Of a stretch of DNA of 27,432 nucleotides, positions 20,925-27,432 are shown piece after piece (the stretch's first letter is position 1; the number at the start of each line of letters is the position of its first letter). The stretch is from Chiloscyllium plagiosum (lineage: Eukaryota). The stretch is from contig NC_057718.1 of assembly GCF_004010195.1 (NCBI RefSeq), positions 47,429,535 through 47,456,966 on the forward strand. Direction: 5' to 3'. Under the pieces are notes generated by a model, which saw only the letters and a program-made list of their open reading frames with translations, did not search any database and had not been told where the DNA came from. Made by a program: the position numbers and the translations under genes.

Positions 20925-23900
20925 TCAAGGCAAATTCTCAAAGGGGAACATGAATAGCCAGAGGTCATTGCACACATTAAAACCAACGAGTGGGGAGAGA
21001 AAAAGGTTTGAGGTTTTGCAAAGTTATTATATGGAGTTAGGTAGGAGGTTAAAAAGTATAACCTCGAGATTAGTAATCTCTGGATTTCTCCTAGTGCCAG
21101 TGATAGTAGGAATAGGAGAATGGGGCAGATGAATGCGTGGCTGAGAAGCTGGTGCAAGGGGCAGGGATGCAGATTTTTAAAAGTGATCGGTATAAGAGGG
21201 ACTGGTTGCTGCTGAGCTGGTGGGGGACCAATATCCTGGTGGGCAGATTTCTGAGTGCTATTCGGTAGGGTATAGACTAGTCTAGCAGGGCGGCCTAAAT
21301 GATAGTGAGACAAAAGAAAAGATCAAGGCTAGTACAGAAGTTAAAGAGAGCAAGTTAAATAGACAAGTCAGGCAAGACCAATCAGGGAATGAAGGATGAA
21401 TTAAACTATGTTTATTTCCATGTAAGAGGCCTGACAGGTAAAGCAGATAAACCCAGGGCATGGAGGGGTCGTGGGACTGGGATATCACAGCTATTACAGA
21501 AACATGGCTGATGGAGGGACAGGATTGGCAGTTTAATGTTCCAGAGTATAGAAAAGATAGAAGAGGAGGCAAGAAAGGAGGGGAGTGGTGTTTTCGATTA
21601 GGGAAATCATCACTGCAGTATTTAGAAATGATATTCCTGGAGGTTATATGGGTAGAACTGAGAAATGTGAAATGGATGATCACGTTGATGGGATCATACT
21701 ATAGGCTACCCAATAGTCAGTGGGAACTTGAGCAAAGATGTAGGGAGATCGCAGGTAGCTGTAAGAATAATTGGGTTGTAATAGGGGAATTTAACTTTCC
21801 AAACAATGACTGGGACTGCCACAGTGTTTGGGCTTGGACGGGAGGAATTTATTAATTGTGCTCAGTAAAGATTTCTCAATCAATATGTAGGTGGCCCTTC
21901 TTGAGAAAGAGCAAAACCTAAGCCCTTGGGAAATAAGGCAGAGCAAGTGAGTGAGGTGTGTGGAGGAGCATTTTGGGACTAGTGACCATAATTCTATTGG
22001 TTTTAAAATAGTTACAGAAAGGTTTAGGCCTGGTTCAAAAGTTAAAGTTCTAAATTAGGGCAAGGTCAATTTTGATGGTATTAGGCAGGAACTTTCAAAA
22101 GTTGATTGGTGGAGGCAGTTCACAGGTAAAAGGACATCTGGCAAGTGGGAGACTTTCAAAGGCAAGATAATGAGAATTCATGGCCTGCATGTTTCTATTT
22201 GTGTGAAGGGCGAGGCTGGCAGGTGGAGGGAAGACTGGATAACTAGAGATATTGAGGCTCTGGTTAAGAAAAGGAAGGAGGCATATATCAGGTATAGGCA
22301 GTTGGGCTCAAATGAATCCCCTGAGATGTACCGGGATGGAGGAGTACACTTACTTGGGAAATCAAGAGGACAGATAGGGGACATGAGATAGCTTTGGCAT
22401 ATAGGGTAAAGAAGGTTCCAAAGAGATTCTACAAGTATATTAATGGCAAAAGAGTAGCTAGAGAAAGAATAAAGCCCTGTAAAGATCAGTGAAGCCATCT
22501 ATGTATCGAACCATAGAAAATGAGTGAGATCCTAAATGAATATTTCTCGTCAGTATTTACCGTGGAGAAAGATATGGATGCTAGGGAAATCAGGGAAGTA
22601 AATAGTGATATCTTGAACAGAGTGCACATTAGGGAAGAGAAGGTGCTAGAAGTCTTAAAATAACTAGAGGTAGGTAAACCCCTGAGACTTGATCAAGTGT
22701 ATCCTAGAATATTGTGGGAAGCTAGGCAAGAAATTGTGGGGCCTCCAGCTGAGATATTTGTATTATCATAAACCGTGGGTGAGATGCCGGAAGACTGGCG
22801 GGTGGCTGATGATGTACCATTATTTAAGAAAGAATGCAAGGAAAAGCCAGGGGACTACAGACTGGTAAACCTAATGTCAGCAGTGGGTAAATTGCTGGAG
22901 GGGATTCTGAGACACAGGATCTACATGTATTTGGAGAGGCATGGACAAGTTAGGGGTAGTCAGCATGGCTTTATGTTTGGGAAATTGTATCTCACAAACT
23001 TGATTGAGTTTTTTGAAGAGGTGACCAAGAAGATAGATGATGGCAGAAAGGTAGATGTTGTCTATATGAAGTTTAGCAAGGCTTTCAACAAGGTTCTACA
23101 TGGTAGATTGGTTTGCAAGATTAGATCACATGGGATCTGGAGCAGCTAGCTGATTGGATACAAAATTGGCTTAATGATAGGAGACAAGGTGGTGGTTGGG
23201 AATGTTATTCGAACTTGACAAGTGGTGCACTGCAAGGATCTGTGCTAGGTCCACTGTTGTTCATCATTTATAAAAATGATTTGGTTGAGAATATAGGTTA
23301 GTGAGTTTGTAAATGACACCAAAATTACTGGTATTGTGGAGAATGAAAAAGGTTATCTAAGAGTACAATGGGATCTTGATCAGCTGGGCCAGTGGGCTGA
23401 GGAATGGCAGATGGAGTTTAATTCAGATAAATGCAAGGCATTGCATTTTAATAAGAGAAACTGGGCAGGATTTATAGTTAACGGTAGGATCTTGGGGAGC
23501 GTTGTCGAACAGAGAGACCGAGGGGTGCAGTGTGAAAGTGGCATGACAGGTAGATAGAGTGGTGAAGAAGGCATTTGGCATACTGCCTTCGTCAGTCAGG
23601 GCATTGAGTACAGGGGTTGGAACATCATATTACATTTGCTCAAGGCATTGATAAGGCCACATTTAAGTACTATCCGCAATTCTGGTCACCCAACTGTAGG
23701 AAGAATGTTGTTGAACCAAAAAGGGTGCAAAAAAGACTAGCAAGGATGTTACTGAGTATAAGGAAAGACTGGATAGGTTGGGACTTTCTTCCCTGGATCA
23801 TCAGAGGCTAAGGGATGTCCTTAGAGAAGTTTATAAAATCATGAGGGGCATGGATAGGGTGAATAGCCAAGATCATTTCCCACGGGTAGGGGAGTCCACA

Positions 23901-24170
23901 ACTGGAGAGCATATGTTGAAGATGAGAGGGGAAAGATTTAAAAGGGACCTGAGGGGTAGCATTTTGTTTGGAATGAGCTGCCAGAGAAAGCAGTAGGGGT
24001 ACGTACAATTGCAACATTTAAAAGACATTTGGATTGGTACATGGATTGGAAAGGTTTAGAAGGTTATGGACCAAATGCAGGCAAATGGGACTCGTACAGT
24101 TTAGGAAACCTGTTGGCATGGACGAGTTGGGCTGAAGGGCTTGTTTCCATGCTGTGTGAGTCTGACGAAA
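20925..24170 (+). mobile_element. Near-full-length degenerate CR1 LINE: ORF1 esterase remnant, ORF2 (APE + RT) and 3' UTR
   Basis: ORF1-like ELGRRLKSITSRLVISGFLLVP (SGNH/esterase region, ~21030-21100). APE: DITAITETWL, IGEFNFP, SDH (21981). RT: PEDWR...YRLVNLMSAVGKLLE, QHGF, DVVYMKFSKAFNKV, QGSVLGPLLF (~23233), FVNDTK (~23306), WQMEFNSDKC. CR1 3' UTR to ~24165. Many stops and frameshifts. Confidence 0.96.
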
Positions 24171-24527
24171 GCATGAGGGGTGTAGATAAAGTGAATAGTA
24201 GGTGTCTTTTCACTAGGGTGGGGGGTTTCAAGACTAGAGGCATATTTTTTCAGTGAGAGGAGAAAAATTTAAGAGGGACATAAGGGGCAACCTTTGTACA
24301 CAGAGGGTGGTTTGTGTGTGGAATGAACCTCCAGAGGATGTGGTGGATGCAGGTACTGTTACAATGTTTAAAAGATTATTAGGTAAGTATGTGAATAAGA
24401 AATGTTTGGAGGGATATGGGCCAAGTATAGGCAAGTGGGACCAGTTTAGTTTGGGATTATGGTCGGCCTGGACTGGTTGGACCGAATGGTCTGTTTTCAT
24501 GCTGTATGACTCTATGACTATGACTCT
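24171..24527 (+). mobile_element. Separate CR1 3' fragment in tandem with the previous element
   Basis: Restarts at MRGVDKVNS (repeating the region at ~23841), has TQRVVCVWNEPP...FKRLL, and has its own tail gactctatgactatgactcta. Confidence 0.92.
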
Positions 24528-25296
24528 AATATTAAATGGAGCAAGACTGCAGAAAGCTGCAGCAAAGAGGGATTTGGGAGTCTTCATACTAAAGCTAACG
24601 TACAAGTTATGGAGATAGTAAATAAGGCAAATGAAATGTTGGCCTTTATTCCAAATGAAATGAAGTGTGAAAGAGAGATGTCTTACTAAAACTTATACAA
24701 TTAACTCGTTAGACTATACCTAGAATACTGTAAACAGTTTTGGTCTCCTTATCTCAGGAAAAATACATTAGCTTCGGAAGCAGTCCAGAAAAGGTTTATC
24801 AGGTTGATTTCAACTATGAAAATCAATTTCATGATTGATTCCAGTTTATGAAAGGACTGTCTTATTAGGAGTGGTTGAGTAGGTTGACCCTATGCTCATT
24901 AAAGTTCAGAAAATGAGAGGCAAGTATTTTGAAACTTACAAATTTCTGACGGGACTTGACTGGGCAGATGTGGAAAGGTTGTTTCCCTTTGGGGAAAAGT
25001 CTCAGACCTAAGGGCATCATTTCAGAGAAAGGAGTCTAAAATTTAAGATGAGGATTTTTTTCTCAGACACTAGTGAATTTGTGGAATTCTTTACCACAGA
25101 GTGCTATCGAGAATGACTCATTAAACATATTCAGAGCTTAGACAGACACACTTTTAATTAGTAAGGGAATCAAGGATTAATGGGAAAAGGCAGGAAAGTG
25201 GATCAAGGATTAGCAGATCAGGCATAAACTCATTGAGTGGTAGAACAGATTCAATGGGCTGAATGGCCTACTTCTGCATCTATGTCTTAAGATCTT
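24528..25296 (+). mobile_element. CR1 'host' element, piece 3 (RT C-terminus, 3' UTR)
   Basis: Resumes with LNGARLQKAAAKRDLGV (the natural continuation of KNKRAE), then LEYCKQFWSPYL, VNLWNSLPQ and 3' UTR gggctgaatggcctacttctg...tatgtcttaagatctt. Confidence 0.92.
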
Positions 25297-25534
25297 GTGT
25301 GGTAATTTGCAGTCCAATGAGATTCTCACCAAATCAGTTGGTAACTTTGAATTCCTGCAAATCAAGATCCGCAACAAAGATGTCTCCAATCTCCTTGGAG
25401 ATGCAAGAAGCCCCATATGTTGGCCATCTCACTTGGGTCCTTTTCCTGCTTGCTTGGAAATGAAGGACTGGATCTTCTGTTGCCAGAAGCCACTCTTTCC
25501 ATCCATTCTTAACTGGAAGTAAACAAAGCATAAA

Positions 25535-25729
25535 AATGATGTGGAGGTGCCGTGTTGGACTGGGGTGGACAAAGTTAAAAAATCACACAACTCCAGGTTA
25601 TAGGCCAACAGGTCAATTTGGAAGTACAAGCTTTCGGAGTATTGCTCCTTCATCAGGTAGCTGATGAAGGAGCAGTGCTCTGAAAGCTGTATGTCCAAAT
25701 AAACCTGTTGGACTATAACCTGGTGCTGT
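25535..25729. mobile_element. Fold-back Penelope-like insertion, family C, with two opposed hammerhead cores
   Basis: Inverted arms ~25585-25656 / 25661-25729, spacer gtag, and a ~50-bp left extension. Candidate TSD aaagcataaa (25525-25534) / aaagtataaa (25730-25739). CTGATGA at 25661-25667 (+) and 25656-25650 (-). Confidence 0.85.
25624..25659 (-). ncRNA. Minimal hammerhead ribozyme motif
   Basis: Minus: TAC-CTGATGA-A-GGAG-caata-CTCC-GAAA-GCT-T-GTA. Intact core, 4-bp stem II, palindrome AGCT, NUH triplet CUU, 3-bp stem I (UAC/GUA). Confidence 0.7.
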
Positions 25730-26704
25730 AAAGTATAAAGAGGCAGCTAAAAGCTCTGAGGGGATGTGCTGTTTCCAGTGGGCAGAGAATGAACTGCATC
25801 CCACCTGAATTCTGCCCTCTGTAAAAGCCCATTCCTTTCTTTTAAAACAGCAGAATAATAACTAAAATAAGCACCAGCTTTTGATGGGTTAAGCGTGAAG
25901 GAAGAATCTTTGTGTTAGCTATCGTGCAACCCCATTGAACCTTACTCCAAATATGTTGTATGTATGCCCTTTCTTCCTTCATGTCATGTGATTTCTGTCT
26001 GGTTTAATCTCAAGACAACAAACATGAAGAAACCTTTCACCTTCTTTTGAAAAAAAAAAGAGTCTTTGCATCTGTTTTCCAGACTGTTCCTGGGTGTGGG
26101 CACTCTGCCTAAAAGTAGTGGTTGTTTGGTGGCAGTCTGACTCTGTAGAGTGCAGCTGCTTTCGACTCGATCGCCCTAACTCTGTCTCTCTGTCTGACAC
26201 AGCAGTACAAGTTTGGTCCAATACTCCAAGCCAAAAACACCAAATCGTGATGCTCTGAGCAGACAAAATAACTAGAAGAAGATGGCAATGTGTGATTATT
26301 GCCCTGAGCACACTCAAAGTTGGCAGCTGGGGATTTCCCAGCTTTACCAAAGCTGATCAGTAACACAACAGTCCACAGAGTTAACTTGTTAGTCATGTGA
26401 TGGTAATTGCAGCTTTCTTGCACAAACATGACTCATATTCTCTCACTGTAAGAAAGAAATAAGACACAAACATATCAAAACACAATGTTTTCTAGAGTAA
26501 TCTTAAATCAGCTTAACATGACATTCCCAATCCTATGGGTATTTTGGTACAAGTACTAATCTGAATATTTAGTTAAACTAAATAAAACTGTCTGAATGTT
26601 GGTATAGATATGAATGATAACAAAACACAGACATGTATTTTAAAGAAAGTGCAAACAGGGATGGTCGAGTTTAGGTTTCTTCTTGCTTCATTTGACAATA
26701 TTAC

Positions 26705-26879
26705 TTTTTCCATTTGTTTCTGCCATTCCCTTCCTGTGGAGCCCATATGGGAATCAATGGTGGTAAATTCCCATAGCCCCTTTGGAGAATGACTCAGCCT
26801 CTGCCTGAAACCAAGGCCTGTATGGGACCGTATCCAACCATCTTTCAATTCAAACTCCTCAATTTCTGAAGTGTCTTTT
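26705..26879 (-). other. Weak candidate exon (minus strand)
   Basis: Acceptor ctttacAG (26881-26880). One open frame, KDTSEIEEFELKDGWIRSHTG...QKQMEK. Only a weak donor (AAA|GTaata). Peptide not recognised. Confidence 0.2.
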
Positions 26880-27166
26880 CTGTAAAGTAACTTTAAAGCA
26901 TTTTTCTGTTACCTTAGTAACATACTGCTTGATATCCCCTGGCTGGCACTGATTACTGCCTGCATAAGACAATCTCAAACAATCAGTCAAGTGCCTCTAT
27001 TCGATTAGAAGATGAGTATGATATAATAAACCCTTCTTAAGGAAACTATTTTCTTCTACAGTCACCATAAATACTCATTGAGAAGAATATTTATTTCATG
27101 CATCCAACTGTCAACCTGACCCAGTTAGATGATCTTTCAACTCTCATTCTTAATACTATGGGCTCA

Positions 27167-27260
27167 GGAGGTCCAAGATGGCGGCAACCCAGCAAGTCTG
27201 AGTCTGTAGTGCTCTGCCCAAGACTCAGGCAAAGTGGGCTGCCCGCCTCCCCCATATCTG
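27167..27260 (+). promoter_or_regulatory. YY1-motif GC-rich segment, possibly a LINE 5'-UTR start
   Basis: Perfect YY1 consensus CAAGATGGCGGC (27174-27185), hairpin ctgagtct/agactcag (27198-27205/27221-27228) and GC-box-like cccgcctccccc. GC-rich island in AT-rich DNA. Confidence 0.4.
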
Positions 27261-27328
27261 CCAAACCATTTAAAATAACTTTTATTCAACATAGTTAGTC
27301 ATTTTGTACCAAACTTCAGTAGTTTGAT

Positions 27329-27432
27329 GAGAAAGTGAGGACTGCAGATGCTGGAGATCAGAGCTGAAAATGTGTTGCTGGAAAAGCGCAGCAGGTCAGG
27401 CAGCATCCAAGGAACAGGAGAATCGACGTTTC
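27329..27432 (-). mobile_element. Family A Penelope-like terminus, cut by the window edge
   Basis: gagaaagtgaggactgcagatgctggagatca...gcaggtcaggcagcatcc...aatcgacgtttc, homologous to 13871-13974. The last 12 nt read GAAACGTCGATT on minus (3' half of the hammerhead). Confidence 0.88.

Noticed and set aside
20621..21313. Longest ORF in the track (230 aa, minus)
   Set aside because: Antisense shadow spanning the junction of two CR1 elements, with no recognisable domain. The sense strand carries the CR1 motifs.
21460..24618. RT/endonuclease ORFs as a functional gene or novel RT system
   Set aside because: Fragments of degenerate CR1 ORF2 with stops, frameshifts and a mutated catalytic motif (FVNDTK for FADDTK).
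25979..26447. Minus-strand ORFs of 106 and 123 aa with an acceptor at 26447-26446
   Set aside because: All frames from that acceptor meet early stops, and neither peptide is recognisable.
27161..27240. HDV-like ribozyme at the putative LINE 5' end
   Set aside because: A P1-like helix is possible, but no P3/L3/P1.1 signature could be fitted.
1..27432. CRISPR arrays, tRNA/rRNA genes, operons
   Set aside because: No regularly spaced repeats or complete cloverleafs were seen. tRNA-like boxes belong to SINE heads, and the window is eukaryotic.

Overview
AT-rich, repeat-dense vertebrate intronic/intergenic DNA. The repeat repertoire (many CR1 LINE relics with (ATTCTAT/GACTCTAT)n-type tails, Rex1/Babar, tRNA-derived SINEs, Penelope-type termini) suggests a cartilaginous fish, probably a shark; this is inference. 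No intact gene is recognisable, and most supplied ORFs are LINE fragments or their antisense shadows. The most notable signal is a set of five short (~170-240 bp) fold-back insertions (3285-3458, 12901-13136, 13870-14087, 25535-25729, 27329-end) from three sequence families. The four complete copies sit between 9-15 bp target-site duplications and carry minimal hammerhead-ribozyme cores (CUGANGA-A-stemII-GAAA-palindrome-NUH, intact or decayed). In three copies the cores lie back-to-back on opposite strands, 4-6 nt apart, at the inversion centre. The window also has a multi-layer nested LINE stack (18460-25296), a SINE/LINE pair sharing a 3' tail, a few unassigned exon candidates on both strands and two motif-dense repeat-free blocks. 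All calls were read by eye, and repeat boundaries are approximate unless a TSD is given.
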